A stretch of 64,000 bases of DNA from Macrostomum hystrix (taxonomy: Eukaryota > Animalia > Platyhelminthes). The notes beneath the pieces are model-generated. The model did not search any database. It was not told the DNA's origin and saw only the letters and a list, made by a program, of their open reading frames with translations. Below are positions 1-14,170 of this stretch, in pieces. Every line of letters starts with the position of its first letter. Within the stretch, counting starts at the first letter, position 1. The DNA is taken from positions 23,064,001-23,128,000 of the forward strand of contig CATNEN010000001.1 of NCBI GenBank assembly GCA_950097015.1. The letters are read 5' to 3'. A program made the position numbers and the translations under genes.

Positions 1-35
1 AAGCTTGCCAATGTATATAAAACTGCCAATTTCAG

Positions 36-3000
36 GACGTATTGAATCTATTCAAAGACTTGCCATTCCAAACCTACGTGCCGGACAAGACCATGCTAAC
101 TAGATTCCTGCACTGGCTCACACTGCACCCGCTCAACTCACTGCGCAGCTGCATCGCTCGTTTAGTATTGGACGGCTTCAATTGGTCGCTGGATTTCAAT
201 GTGAGCTCATCCCAGATCTTAGATCCCAGATGTACTGTGACAGACAAAAAACGACCGTGCGGGCCAGATCTTAGATCCCAGATCTTAGATCCCAGATCTT
301 AGATCCCAGATCTTAGATCCCAGATCTTAGATCCCAGATCTTAGATCCCAGATCTTAGATCCCAGATCTTAGATCCCAGATCTTAGATCCCAGATCTTAG
401 ATCCCAGATCTTAGATCCCAGATCTTAGATCCCAGATCTTAAGTCCTAGATCTTAGATCCCTGATCTTAGATCCTTGATCTTAGATCCCTGATCTTAGAT
501 CCCTGATCTTAGATCCCTGATCTTAGATCCCTGATCTTAGATCCCTGATCTTAGATCCCTGATCTTAGATCCCTGATCTTAGACCCCTGATCTTAGATCC
601 CTGATCTTAGATCCCTGATCTTAGATCCCTGATCTTAGATCCCTGATCTTAGATCCCTGATCTTAGATCCCTGATCTTAGATCCCTGATCTTAGATCCCT
701 GATCTTAGACCCCTGATCTTAGATCCCTGATCTTAGATCCCTGATCTTAGATCCCTGATCTTAGATCCCTGATCTTAGATCCCTGATCTTAGATCCCTGA
801 TCTTAGACCCCTGATCTTAGATCCCTGATCTTAGATCCCAGATCTTAGATCCCTGATCTTAGATCCCTGATCTTAGATCCCTGATCTTAGATCCCAGATC
901 TTAGACCCCTGATCTTAGATCCCAGATCTTAGATCCCAGATCTTAGACCCCTGATCTTAGATCCCTGATCCTAGATCAACCCATTGCATCAGTTAAACTG
1001 GGATATTTGTCTTTTTTATCTGTTCATCCAAAAGATGTCAGAAAATTATTCGTTGATAGTAATTTAGATTCTTAAAATCACGATTCGAACTTAGCCAAAT
1101 TAATCTGGCAAACAATGTTTGGGGGCTTGTCGTACAAGGTCAGATGTACACACCTGTGTGAGTGTGTGCCTGCGTATTTCAGAATGGCGCGGGTCTACTT
1201 TTACCAAAAAAAGAATCCAAACATCCTACATCCTACTTACAAGTAGAAACGGCTAAATAAATTATTAAAACTCGCATCTCCGCAGAACCAGTCCGTTCTA
1301 TTCCTGCCACACGAGACGCACGTTGAGGTGGCGCTGATCCTTGTCCAAGCCAGCCAGCAGCTGTTCAATAGCAAACTGTTCGCTCAGCAGCTTCGCACCG
1401 GCGGTGTCAACGCCTTTCCTCCGCAGTCTGTTGAAGAACGATTCTACCTGTGGTGCGTCAACCTGATGGCCCGGCTTCGGCTTCATCTCACCAGCCTGCC
1501 GCCGCTGAATGCCCGCGCCGCGGCTCCGGAGCTGCGACCTGACCGGGTGGAACCGCAGTCAGCTCTGTTCAGAGGACTGCTGAAGGAGGGCCTCGACTCC
1601 GACAACCCTGTGGCTGTCTATGCCGCCTTGGTCATGACGCGCTTGGGCAACGACACTGGTGAGTCAGGACTTCAGTGTCAGATCTGTCTGAGCATGCCTT
1701 CAGTGTGTCAGATCTGTCTGACCATGCCTTCAGTGTGTCAGATCTGTCTGAGCATGCATTCAGTGTGTCAGATCTGTCTGACCATGCCTTCAGTGTGTCA
1801 GATCTGTCTGACCATGCATTCAGTGTGTCAGATCTGTCTGACCATGCCTTCAGTGTGTCAGATCTGTCTGACCATGCCTTCAGTGTGTCAGATCTGTCTG
1901 ACCATGCCTTCAGTGTGTCAGATCTGTCTGACCATGCCTTCAGTGTGTCAGATCTGTCTGACCATGCCTTCAGTGTGTCATATCTGTCTGAGCATGCATT
2001 CAGTGTGTCAGATCTGTCTGACCATGCCTTCAGTGTGTCAGATCTGTCTGACCATGCATTCAGTGTGTCAGATCTGTCTGACCATGCCTTCAGTGTGTCA
2101 GATCTGTCTGACCATGCCTTCAGTGTGTCAGATCTGTCTGAGCATGCCTTCAGTGTGTCAGATCTGTCTGAGCATGCCTTCAGTGTGTCAGATCTGTCTG
2201 AGCATGCCTTCAGTGTGTCAGATCTGTCTGAGCATGCCTTCAGTGTGTCAGATATGTCTGAGCATGCCTTCAGTGTGTCAGATCTGTCTGAGCATGCCTT
2301 CAGTGTGTCAGATCTGTCTGAGCATGCCTTCAGTGTGTCAGATCTGTCTGAGCATGCCTTCAGTGTGTCAGATCTGTCTGACCATGCCTTCAGTGTGTCA
2401 GATCTGTCTGAGCATGCCTTCAGTGTGTCAGATCTGTCTGACCATGCCTTCAGTGTGTCAGATCTGTCTGGCCATGCCTTCAGTGTGTCAGATCTGTCTG
2501 AGCATGCCTTCAGTGTGTCAGATCTGTCTGAGCATGCCTTCAGTGTGTCAGATCTGTCTGAGCATGCCTTCAGTGTGTCAGATCTGTCTGAGCATGCCTT
2601 CAGTGTGTCAGATCTGTCTGAGCATGCCTTCAGTGTGTCAGATCTGTCTGAGCATGCCTTCAGTGTGTCAGATCTGTCTGAGCATGCCTTCAGTGTGTCA
2701 GATCTGTCTGAGCATGCCTTCAGTGTGTCAGATCTGTCTGAGCATGCCTTCAGTGTGTCAGATCTGTCTGAGCATGCCTTCAGTGTGTCAGATCTGTCTG
2801 AGCATGCCTTCAGTGTGTCAGATCTGTCTGACCATGCCTTCAGTGTGTCAGATCTGTCTGAGCATGCCTTCAGTGTGTCAGATCTGTCTGACCATGCCTT
2901 CAGTGTGTCAGATCTGTCTGGCCATGCCTTCAGTGTGTCAGATCTGTCTGAGCATGCCTTCAGTGTGTCAGATCTGTCTGAGCATGCCTTCAGTGTGTCA

Positions 3001-6000
3001 GATCTGTCTGAGCATGCCTTCAGTGTGTCAGATCTGTCTGAGCATGCCTTCAGTGTGTCAGATCTGTCTGAGCATGCCTTCAGTGTGTCAGATCTGTCTG
3101 AGCATGCCTTCAGTGTGTCAGATCTGTCTGAGCATGCCTTCAGTGTGTCAGATCTGTCTGGCCATGCCTTCAGTGTGTCAGATCCATCTGAACGTCGCAC
3201 CCCTGAACCGCCCTCCAGGCGAGCTGTTGTCCTCAGGCTTCAACCTGCTGACCAGCTTGTGCCGCTCTCGTCAGACCCGGCTTGCTGTGGAGTTTCTTTG
3301 TCACGCGTCGGCGATGCTGACTAGCACGGAGCCAGCCACTCTGTACTCAAATCCGGCCGTGCACTCGGCTCTGGCAGCTCTAGCCCAGTGTGACGACGCC
3401 TGGTGGACTCAGCACCGAGTTGCCGGCGCTCAGCGAGTTTTTCCCGGCCCTAATTTAAAACTGATCGCCTCGGCTCTGCTCAGCTCACCAACTGGCATTG
3501 AGACTTGGCTGAGAGCTCTACTGCTGCAGGTGAGTTGCTGTTTTGCATGGCGATCTTTGTAGCTTTTTTAGTAAGACACTTTAAGTCTTTGGAGCTCTTT
3601 GAGTACGATACTTAAGTCTTTGTAGCTCTTTGAGTAGGATACTTTAGTCTTTGTAGCTCTTTTAGTAGGACAGTCTTTGTAGCTCTTTTATTAGGACAGT
3701 CTGTAGGTTTTTGAGTAGGATTAGCCCTGTGAGTAAGACACTAAAGTCTTTGTAGCTCTTTGAGTAGGAGTGTAGGACACTTAGTCCTTGTAGCTCTTTT
3801 GAGAAAATAAAATTAATATTCTTTGTAGCCTTTTCATTAGTTTAGGTCCTTGTACATAAGAAACTGTCTTTAGTGTCCATCAGAATTGGCCAAGTAACCA
3901 AACTGTTGTGATCCCGTATCGCCACTCCAGGCTCCGGCCTGCCTGCAGAATCGCGGCATTCTCTACCTCATCGATCGCCTCTGCTGCTACGCCCTAACAA
4001 TGGACGCAATCGCCAGTCAGGAGCAGCAGCAGCAGCAGCAGCGCGGCTTGGACATTGTGCTGCGTTGTCTGCGCTCCGCGTGCCAGAATTTCCTAGCAGG
4101 CAATGGCTCCGGTTCCGCTGGCGGAGGCAGCGGGTTCTTGAAGTCCGTAGCGGGCCTGTTCTCCGGAGGTCGCGCCTTCTTGATGGACGGCGTCAAGGCC
4201 GAAGCCGACAAACAGCTTGCACCCTGGCTGCGCTACGGCCTGCTCCTAGTAGAAACTACGGAAGAGGACGACACAGGAGTGTGGTCGGCCTTGATTACTC
4301 GACTTGCCGAAGGTTCGGCATCGTCAGCCTCTGCGATCACTCCGCAGTCGGCCTTTCAAAAAGCTCGATCCGCTGCTAGCCCGCCGGTTAAGCTGGAGTT
4401 CAATCAGCTGGCCATCTTTCGTTGGGCCGATTTCCTGCAGGATCTGCTTCGAGAATCTTCTGCCACCACCGGCGCTGCTCCAGACAATCAGCAGCAACAG
4501 CAGCAACAGCAGCAGCAGCAGGTGCCTTCACCCTCAGCCTGCGGCGTCATCGCCCTGGCCTGCGAGCAGTTCTTCCTGCGCTACTTCGCTCGGCCTCACC
4601 AGCACGCGGGCAGTCAGGGCGAGCGGCTGTTCCTTGCTGCCAGCCTCACTAGCCAGCTCAAGTTCATGAGGGGCCGGCTGCGGGAAATCGGTCGCCAGAT
4701 GGTCTCGGCAGACCAGCACCTCCTGTTAGCCAATCATTTTGAAGCATTCGCTCTCTGGATTGACGAGCCCCGGCTGCACAGCGAATCGCTGATCCTGACG
4801 GCCCTGCCGCCTCAGTACCTGCCGCAGCGGCTGTGCACTCTACTGCTGGGCCAGGCGGAGCCCTGGCTGGAGCTGCTGCCCATTGCTGACCTGCGAGTCC
4901 AGCTCGAGTCGCTAGCCAACTCCTGGCTGCGTCGGGGCGATGTCAGCGACGCCGGAATGCGTCGACTCCAGGATCGGGTTCGGCGACCTCAGCGAGGCGG
5001 CGGCGGCTCTGGCGACGATCCGGCTAGCAGGGTGGCCGTCAGGCTGGACGAGTTTTCGAACCGGTTCAAACCGGTTGACCCACCGGCTAGCCAGCAGCAG
5101 CAGCAGCAGCAGCTGAGACATGATGCCTACCTAATGAGGCTGCCAGGTAGGATGATCTGTGCAGAATAGCCTATTATTCGGGGCCTTCTATAGACGATAT
5201 CAGGGTTGGAGTGTCGAACTCACGACTTAAAGGTCAGGGGTTCGATTCCCGATTCCATTTGAAGAATTTTTGTGTCCTTTAGCAAGACACCTAACTCTTC
5301 AGTTCACCCACTGTTAAAAGGATACCAGCATTAGCCGGAGTAATTGAGAGTGGGTGTGGCGTTCTTTCAGTCCATGGACTGAAAAGTCGTACATAGCCTT
5401 TAGATGCGCCGCGGCTGTGCTGTCGGCTGTACATTTGGCCTGAATGGATCAGGTTTAAAACGGCCCTTTTACGGACTCATTCAACTTGAACTCTGCTGCC
5501 TGCCATAAAGGAGCCGTGTATTAATGCATTTCCTATTTAAAATTTCCTATTTTTTAAGCAATTTAGATTTTCATGAATTCTTCCAACCCGTTGCTAACAG
5601 ACTCAAGCGTCCTTAGCGACAAGGTGAGATTGCTGCATCATCTGGAAGAGCGGCTAGCCTGTCTGACCATGGGCGCTCGGGATTTCAACGATCGGTCAAC
5701 TAGACTGCTCAATTTAGATCTCAACTATGTGGAGAATCTGCCCCATCTGTACTGCCTGGTAGCCAAGGAGCAGACTTTCAATGTGGCCTGCGGCCCCGCT
5801 CTGCAGCTGTGTGAGTCGGGAGTTCGAGGCCTAATTTCGAGGGGAAAGTTAAATAGTTTAGCAAACAAAATCCTCACATAGGGGGTGAGTGGCAGAGCGG
5901 TCTAACGCGTCTGCCTTTCGTACCAAGGTCCCCCAGCTCGATTCCGCGGTGAGACCGCATTATTTACGACCTTGAGGGCCAACTTCCAAGACACGGTGAC

Positions 6001-9000
6001 GATGACGAGAAAGTCATCATCATGTACACACCTGTGTGCGTGTGTGCTCAGGAGTCAGCGAACTGGGCAGAATTGCCTCCTCGCTGGCTGCGGGTCTTGT
6101 GTCACCAAATGATGTGCCATTGCCCGCAGCCCTCCTGCAATTTTTCTTGTTATTGTTGAACAAAATGCTCCCCAACAAATGCTATTGTTATCCTAATCTG
6201 ATCTCATGCATGCCCGCAGCTGTCACTTCGCCCATCAAGCGCTGCAGCGGGCCGGCTCGCCTGTTCGTGCGCTACCAGGAGGCCGCGCCGCAGCCCGGCC
6301 TGTCCCAGCTGCTCGAAGAGAATCGAACCCAGTCGCGCCAGTTGTGCATTGAAGCCCTGCTGCCGCCTTCGCAGAAGCTGGTGTCAGCAGCCGTGTACCT
6401 GGACTGGGTTGTGGCCAGCCTTGGCGAGGCTCACGCCGACTCTGGCGTTGCCCTGTTCTATCACCTGACTGGCCTTGTGTCCGACCTCACCAAATTCTAT
6501 CCGCCCACCAGGCAGCTGCTCACGGGCCTGATCGAGTGCCTCGGCCAGGCCTTCATTCGGCGCTGGCCTGGTCAAGCTCAGCCTCTGCTTGAGGCCGTGC
6601 TGCAGACTCCGTCACTTGTGGAACTGCTGGCGCCTAACTTTGATCCGCTGGCTAGCGCTGACCTCTTTGTGCAGATGTACACCCGGATTGTGCCCGTGCT
6701 CAAGGACTACGGTATTGAGGTGCTGTTTGCACTGCTCAGCAAGGTTAGTACTGTCATTACTCATGATTTTTAGGGATATTTAGAATAGTAAAGGGATCGG
6801 GAATATGTGTTTTAGGGATAGCGAATGGCATATTTAGGGATTGATAGTGCAATATTTAGGAATCGGTAATGGGATATTTAGGGATTAAATGGGATATTTG
6901 GTGATCGGGACTGGGATATTTATGCATTAGGAATGGGATGTTTATAGATCGGGAATGGGATATTTATGGATCGGGAATGGGATATTTATGGATTAGGAAT
7001 GGGATGTTTATGGATTAGGAATGGGATGTTTATGGATTAGGAATGGGATGTTCATCGATCGGGAATGGGATATTTATGGATCGTGAATGGGATATTTATG
7101 GATTAGGAATGGGATGTTTATGGATTAGGAATGGGATGTTTATGGATTAGGAATTGGATGTTTATGGATTAGGAATAGGATGCTTATGGATCGGGAATGG
7201 GATATTTATGGATTAGGAATGGGATGTTTATGGATTAGGAATGGGATGCTTATGGATCGGGAATGGGATATTTATGGATTAGGAATGGGATGTTTATGGA
7301 TTAGGAATGGGATGTTTATGGATTAGGAATGGGATGTTTATGGATTAGGAATGGGATGTTTATGGATTAGGAATGGGATGTTTATGGATTAGGAATGGGA
7401 TGTTTATGGATCGGGAATGGGATATTTATGGATTAGGAATGGGATATTTATGGATTAGGAATGGGATGTTTATGGATTAGGAATGGGATGTTTATGGATC
7501 GGGAATGGGATGTTTATGGATTAGGAATGGGATGTTTATGGATTAGGAATGAGATGTTAATGGATTAGGAATGAGATGTTTATGGATTAGGAATGGGATA
7601 TTTATGGATTAAGAATGGGATGTTTATGGATTAGGAATGGGATGTTTATGGATTAGGAATGGGATGTTTATGGATTAGGAATGGGTCGGGAATGGGAGAA
7701 TAAGAAATGGCGAATGGGAAATTAAGAATTGTAATAAGATAATTAGGAATTGATAATGGTGTATTACGAATTAGAGAATCGAGAATCATGAGATTGGGAA
7801 TGTGAGAATTAATATTTGGAATAGAATAATCAGGTATGGATTGAGAATGATACAAAGAGGAAATTTTTCCCCAACCGAATCCTCCGAACCGTAACTCCAC
7901 AGTTCGACGTAGCGGAGTGGCTGAAGACTCGCCCGGGCGCTCAGGATCGCAACAACCTCATCGGCGCCATCTGCTCTGGCCTGTGCACCTGCGGTCCCAA
8001 CCCGCCACCCACCCTGTGCCTGATCTTCGATCTCTACCAGGTTCACCTGTCAGCCGTTCTGCAGTTCGAATTTCCCCTTCATTTTCATCCCGGCCTGCAG
8101 AGGATCTTTGCCGCCTCGTGCGCAGGCAAAATTCCAGCCGTTGCCTGGAGACTGCTGTGCAACTGCGTCAGCGCCGATACGGCCGACGATCGAGAACTGT
8201 CCATGTCCATCGACCAGGTGGCCGATGTGCTCAGGTGGCTTGCCGCCCTGCTGCAGAGAGAGCGGATTGCTAGACTAGAGCTCTACAGCCAGTGGACTGT
8301 CTACCTGGAGCATGTGCTGGCACTGTTGTCTGCTTTGACCAAGTGAGTTAACATGCTTTCAGCTTTTTTGGAGGTTGCGTGGAGGTGAGATTTTGACATT
8401 CGGATTCATCCACTTAGGGGTGAGATTTTGACATTTGGATCCATCTACTAGAGGGTGAGATTTTGACACGCAGATCTATCTGCTAAGGGGTGAGATTTTG
8501 ACGTTTCTAAAAGAGATTTTTCGAATGACGCATCCATTCACCTGTCACTGTAATCTGCCCTCAGGTGTCTCGGCTATAAAGTGTGTCGCTCAGTTGCCAA
8601 GCGGCACATCACACCTGCCGCCGGAGCGGAGACACTCTGGGAAGCTGTACGTCCCGTGTTCGCGCCCTTCCTAGAGCACATGGAGTCGCCACAGCCGCAG
8701 GCTCAGAATGCGGCTGTGCCATTCAATCCGGGCCACTCGGAGACTGCTAGCCGAGTGCTGGACTGCCTGGTGGAGATCGCCTGCCAGCTGGACAGAGAAT
8801 TCCAGCACACCCTTGGCGCTGAGCATCAGCAATCTGGGGCGCCGATTCACGAACTGCTCCTACTATACTACTGTCAGCGACTGGCCGCAGCCCAGTTCCG
8901 CTCGCAGGCCTACATTCTGTCCACTATGCACGCCTCACTGGCCAGGGCCGACTGGCGACAGTTGCTACCCGGCCTGCCAACCATGCAGCTGATGGCCGAC

Positions 9001-12000
9001 TTCTACAGAACCGCCGCCCCGGCCTCTCAACAGTTTCTGGCTGCTATCATTAGCGAGGTTGACTGGTCCTCTGACGCCTTGGCTGATCACAGACAGATGC
9101 TGTTCCACCTGCTGCTGTGTATGACCACTTCTCAGGTGAGTTATGTGTTAGATATATTTTGCCTAACATGTTCTATGTAGATTCCAACTGTTGGATAACT
9201 TGTGCCTAACATGTTCTATATGGATTCCATCTGTTAGATATCTTGTGTGTCTAACATGTTCTATATGGATTCCATCTGTTAGATATCTTGTGTGTCTAAC
9301 ATGTTCTATATAGATTCCAACTGTTGGATATCTTGTGTGTCTAACATGTTCTATATGGATTCCAACTGTTAAATAATCTGTGTCGAACACCTGCTAGATG
9401 CGAATACCTACTTCCTTAATGTACACATTACTTTCTTGATTGAAGTGTCGCAAAATGCGTTTATACTACTTACTAACTACTTATCGCGCTTAATTTCCTG
9501 TCTCACTCCAACCTGCAGGACATTGTACGCATGCCGGAGTTCGCTCGCTTGTTAGACACAACAGCCCGTCTGAACTGGCACTGCGTCAGATCTGACACCT
9601 ACGAATCTATGACCACCTGGCTAGCAACTAAATGGGATCCCATGTGCATGCTGAGGGAGCGAACCTCCGCTGCTTACCTGGCTGTCACCTTCCTGCAGAA
9701 ATCGGCCGAATTCGGCTCCCCGCTGCAGCCGGACGATCGCAGCGGCCTCATCAAGCAGTGCCTGTGCGCCAGGCTTTGTGTACAGCTGCTGTGCCAGTGC
9801 CTCTCAGCGGGACAGCCTGCCCTCACCAAGGAGGAACTGGCGAGCAAGTTTGCAATCGCTGTGAGCAACCTGCTCACCGAGGTTGAAGCCTGCCTGGTTA
9901 ATGGTGAGTCCGAATTCTCGGAGCAGAGTTTTAGAGACTATTATATTGGCGTTTCTACGAATCCGCTAGAGACTAGAGAATTTTTTTAATCATTTCTAAG
10001 AAAAACAAGTACTATGGTGAGTTTAGCGATGTTTTCTAAGAAAGCCATGTACAATTGTGAGTTTAGGGATGGTTTCTAAGAAAGCCATGTACAATTGTGA
10101 GTTTAGCGATGTTTTTTAAGAAAGCCATGTACAATTGTGAGTTTAGGGATGGTTTCTAAGAAAGCCATGTACAATTGTGAGTTTAGTTATGGTTTCTAAG
10201 AAAGCCATGTACAATTGTGAGTTTAGGTATGGTTTCTAAGAAAGCCATGTACAATTGTGAGTTTAGGTATGGTTTCTAAGAAAGCCTTGTACAATTGTGA
10301 GTTTAGGTATGGTTTCTAAGAAAGCCATGTACAATTGTGAGTTTAGGGATGGTTTCTAAGAAAGCCTTGTACAATTGTGAGTTTAGGGATGGTTTCTAAG
10401 AAAGCCTTGTACAATTGTGAGTTTAGGGATGGTTTCTAAGAAAGCCATGTACAATTGTGAGTTTAGGGATGGTTTCTAAGAAAGCCTTGTACAATTGTGA
10501 GTTTAGGGATGGTTTCTAAGAAAGCCTTGTACAATTGTGAGTTTAGGGATGGTTTCTAAGAAAGCCTTGTACAATTGTGAGTTTAGGGATGGTTTCTAAG
10601 AAAGCCTTGTACAATTGTGAGTTTAGGGATGGTTTCTAAGAAAGCCTTGTACAATTGTGAGTTTAGGGATGGTTTCTAAGAAAGCCATGTACAATTGTGA
10701 GTTTAGGGATGGTTTCTAAGAAAGCCTTGTACAATTGTGAGTTTAGGTATGGTTTCTAAGATACCCATGTACAATTGTGAGTTTAGGTATGGTTTCTAAG
10801 AAAGCCTTGTACAATTGTGAGTTTAGGGATGGTTTCTAAGAAAGCGAAGTACAACAGTGAGTTTTGTGATCATTTCCAAGAAAGCCAAGTATATTTGTTC
10901 GTTTTAATGACTACTTCTTATAAACCCCTCGTACGTAAGTTTGGGATGATTTCTGAGAAACTAATCCGCCTTTTCTTATCCAATGCTTCCTAGCCGCCCT
11001 GCCAAACGATCAGAAATTCGCGCACGGCTGCGCCCTGTCCCAGGAGGTGCTGAACCTGTTGCGCAACAACAGTCCCTCCTCGCAGCGCGTCTGTCTCTCC
11101 AGCCTGCAGGACTGGTGCGAGAACAGCGGCCAGGGACCCCTGACCCTGCCCTTGATCCGATGCTTGACTGCGGCTCCCGCCAGCACCGGAGCCACTGTGC
11201 GCCTGCTGGAGACCCTCTTGACCGCCTTCGTTGTGGCTATCGGTGAGTTTCGGTCATGGACTCATGATCAGGCTTCGATGACCAGGCGTAGGTCATAGGC
11301 GGTCATTAGACTGTCTTTTGGTTCTACTCTGTCATACATTTTTGGTCATAGATCATGACATCTAACTTGATTTGTCATAGACTATGTCACTATGACTAAT
11401 AGCATGATTCGGTCATAGACTATGTCATCTATCATGATTCGGTCATAGACTATGGCATCTATCATGATTCGGTCATAGACTATGGCATCTATCATGATTC
11501 GGTCAAAGACTATGGCATCTATCATGATTCGGTCATAGACTATGACAGCACTAACATGTTTCGGTCATAGACTATGACCAGCTTCACAGCAGTCAGTCCC
11601 AAAGGCATCCATTCTGCTGATTCGCATTCCAGCTCCAAGCGAGTCCACACCCCAAGGAGTCCTGACGCACCTGCTGACCGTGTTCCAGCTGCCATCGGGC
11701 TCCCTGGAGCCGTTCCTGGCTGAATGCGTCAACGCCGAGAGCTTACTGACCCTGCTGATCTGCCTGCACATCCAGCTGGGCCTGTCCTCCGTAGCCAATC
11801 AGCGTCGAGCTCTGCTAGCCCGCTGCTGCGATTGGCTGCGCTCAGTGAAGGTCAGCGTCGAAGGTGAGGTTCGCTATCTGGTTCTGTTGGACAAGTGCTT
11901 CGACTCGCTGGCGATGCACCTGACTCCTGAGGATGACCAATGGCTCAGTCGTCAGCTGCATCAGCTGCTAGCCTACCTGCTCACCCTGTCCGAGGACAAA

Positions 12001-12966
12001 TCTTCCGCTGGATTCCTTGGCGCCATCGGATTGGGCCGGCGGTCTGCCATGTCAGCCGAGTGAGTGGACAGTTTTACTGCGGCCTTTAGGGATTCTAGTG
12101 TTGGCAGAACCATGCTTGATTGACAGGTTTGCAAAATTTACTGGACAGGTGGACAATATTCATTGGACAGGTGGACAATATTCATTGGACAGGTGGACAA
12201 TATTCATTGGACAGGTGGACAATATTCATTGGACAGGTGGACAATATTCATTGGACAGGTGGACAATATTCATTGGACAGGTGGACAATATTCATTGGAC
12301 AGATGGACAATATTCATTGGACAGGTGGACAATATTCATTGGACAGGTGGACAATATTCATTGGACAGGTGGACAATATTGATTGGACAGATGGACAATA
12401 TTCATTGGACAGGTGGACAATATTCATTGGACAGGTGGACAATATTCATTGGACAGGTGGACAATATTCATTGGACAGGTGGACAATATTCATTGGACAG
12501 GTGGACAATATTCATTGGACAGGTGGACAATATTCATTGGCAGGCGGGCATAGATACAGGTTCTTTTAAACAGGCATTGACATGATTGACAGCTGACAAC
12601 CGCCGCCCCATCCCGCCCAGATTTCGATTCACAGTGCGGGCAGCGGCCTGCCTCATCCAGGTGAAGCTGGACGGCTGGTTGGGCGCCCGCACCCAGCAGC
12701 AGATTGCTGGCCTGCGGGCATCGCGGGCCAACCGGGCCTACACCGGCGCCATCAGCGAGGCCACCATCGACCAGGTGCTGGGCTTCGTCGACTCGTTTGG
12801 CTCCACCGGAGCTGCCCGGCCCAAGCTGACAGACGTGACTAAAGTGCTGCGCTTCTCAGCCCACAGAGCCTATCCAAATAGCGGCCTGCCCGCCTGCAAG
12901 TGCCTGCTCAGGGCTGAGAGCGACCTGCTTGCAGCCGGCTCTTCGTCTGCTTCGGCCTCCAGTTAG
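36..12966 (+). CDS. EPG5: Ectopic P granules protein 5 (autophagosome-lysosome tethering factor), 3' part; the 5' end lies upstream of the window
   Basis: Phase-consistent GT-AG exons: 36-200, 1286-1658, 3219-3529, 3931-5146, 5601-5810, 6220-6743, 7903-8342, 8565-9135, 9519-9903, 10994-11242, ~11582-12059, 12621-12966 (5268 nt, TAG stop). The motifs LFKDLP, LDGFNW, LAIFRWA, LWIDEPRL..LPPQY, YPPTRQLLTGLIECLGQAFI, FALLSKFD and GFLGAIGLGRRS..FRF match recalled human EPG5 in order. Confidence 0.9.
263..976. repeat. 14-bp minisatellite (AGATCTTAGATCCC / TGATCTTAGATCCC) in an EPG5 intron
   Basis: Direct tandem array, ~50 units. Confidence 0.95.
1113..1180 (+). mobile_element. Family-A SINE fragment
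   Basis: GGGGGCTTGTCGT..CAGATGTACACACCTGTGTGAGTGTGTGCCTGCGTA matches the SINE body. Confidence 0.6.
1671..3185. repeat. 30-bp minisatellite (CAGTGTGTCAGATCTGTCTGAGCATGCCTT) filling EPG5 intron 1659-3218
   Basis: ~50 near-identical units. Confidence 0.97.
5205..5430 (+). mobile_element. Family-B tRNA/CORE-like SINE remnant
   Basis: GGTTCGATTCC B-box, GTGTCCTTTAGCAAGACACCTAAC and GTTCACCCACTGTTAAAAGGATACC, shared with the 32300 and 48200 copies. Confidence 0.55.
5881..6156 (+). mobile_element. tRNA-derived SINE (family A), internally deleted copy in an EPG5 intron
   Basis: A-box TGGCAGAGCGG, B-box-like GCTCGATTCC, shared body ATGTACACACCTGTGTG...GTCACCAAATGATGTGCCATTGCCCGCAGCCCTCCTGCAA, and a TTG/TTA tail. 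Confidence 0.8.
6900..7685. repeat. 22-bp minisatellite (TTTATGGATTAGGAATGGGATG)
   Basis: Tandem array in an EPG5 intron. Confidence 0.95.
9160..9372. repeat. ~48-bp tandem repeat (4-5 units)
   Basis: CTAACATGTTCTATATGGATTCCATCTGTTAGATATCTTGTGTGT is repeated. Confidence 0.85.
10010..10885. repeat. 40-bp minisatellite (GTTTAGGGATGGTTTCTAAGAAAGCCTTGTACAATTGTGA)
   Basis: ~21 units. Confidence 0.95.
11400..11577. repeat. 30-bp tandem repeat (ATCATGATTCGGTCATAGACTATGGCATCT)
   Basis: ~5 units running into the acceptor region. Confidence 0.85.
12141..12540. repeat. 22-bp minisatellite (TTGGACAGGTGGACAATATTCA)
   Basis: ~18 units in the last EPG5 intron. Confidence 0.95.
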
Positions 12967-13649
12967 ACCTGATTGCACTAGTAACACTGGCCCTGTGACA
13001 AAACCCTTATCTAATTTTTGTGTGTTTATAGTCTATGGCCAAGGCCCTATCCGATTTATTGTGCGTATAGACGGTATAGTCTATGGCTAAACCCGATCCA
13101 ATATTTTTTGTATATATATATATCTATGGCCAAGACTCTATTAATTTTTCGTGTGTTGATTGTCTAGGGACAAAGACACAATCCAATTTTTGTGTTCAGT
13201 TTAACGCAAAAAAATAATGTTCTTATCTATTCATAGTCTATGGCTGAAACCTATCCTATTTTTGTGTTGAGTATATTTTAGAACTAAATGGGTGTGTGAT
13301 AACAATTCGTCACTTTTTTTAGTTTGTCTTTCGTGTAAAATTGATCATATTTGTTCTATAAAAAAACAAATTTTCATAAGATTTTCGTAAAAAATAACTA
13401 CTTAACTCGATTAATCATTATACCCGAAATTATTAAGAAAATATCTTTTTTGTAAAATTTAAAATATTTACCTGTCACAATATATTTTTTATAGATTAAA
13501 CTTTGAGATTACAGGCTTTCAGAAATTTTGAATTTTGCTTGAATTCTTATTTACTTCCCCTTTTGTCCAAAATGTTATTTGATTAAATGTTGATTAATAC
13601 GAGCTATTCTTGGTAAAAATTTCATATATTAAATTGAAGTGTCCGTTCA

Positions 13650-14170
13650 TCCTTGAAAATCGCCTTTAATCTATTAGAATCCACGTTAATCCGTTAGAAT
13701 AACCGTTAATACATTAGAATTCCCGCTAATCCTTGCGAATCACTGTTAATCCATCGGATTTACCTTTAATCCATGGGATTCAGCGTTAATCCATTTGATT
13801 AACCGTTGATCCATTAGAAAAACAGTTAATCCGTTAGAATGCCCGTTAATTCATTAGAATAACCGTTAATCCGTTAGAATGACCGTTAAAACTATTTTCA
13901 TAACCATTAATCCATTGGAATTCCCGCTAATCCTTGCGAATCACAATTAATCCATCAGATTTACCTTAAACCCTTGGGATTTACCTTTAATCCTTGGTAT
14001 TTACCTTTAATCCTTGGGATTTACCTTTAACCCTTGGGATTTACCTTTAACCCTTGGGATTTACCTTTAACCCTTGGGATTTACCTTTAACCCTTGGGAT
14101 TTACCTTTAACCCTTGGGATTTACCTTTAACCCTTGGGATTTACCTTTAACCCTTGGGATTTACCATTAA
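13650..14170. repeat. 20-bp minisatellite grading from degenerate to homogeneous (TTACCTTTAACCCTTGGGAT)
   Basis: Tandem array. Confidence 0.85.

Noticed and set aside
1632-3324. 522-aa and 549-aa repeat ORFs (SDRSDTLKAC / HAFSVSDLSE)
   Set aside because: Alternative-frame translations of the intronic 30-bp minisatellite; no independent gene structure.
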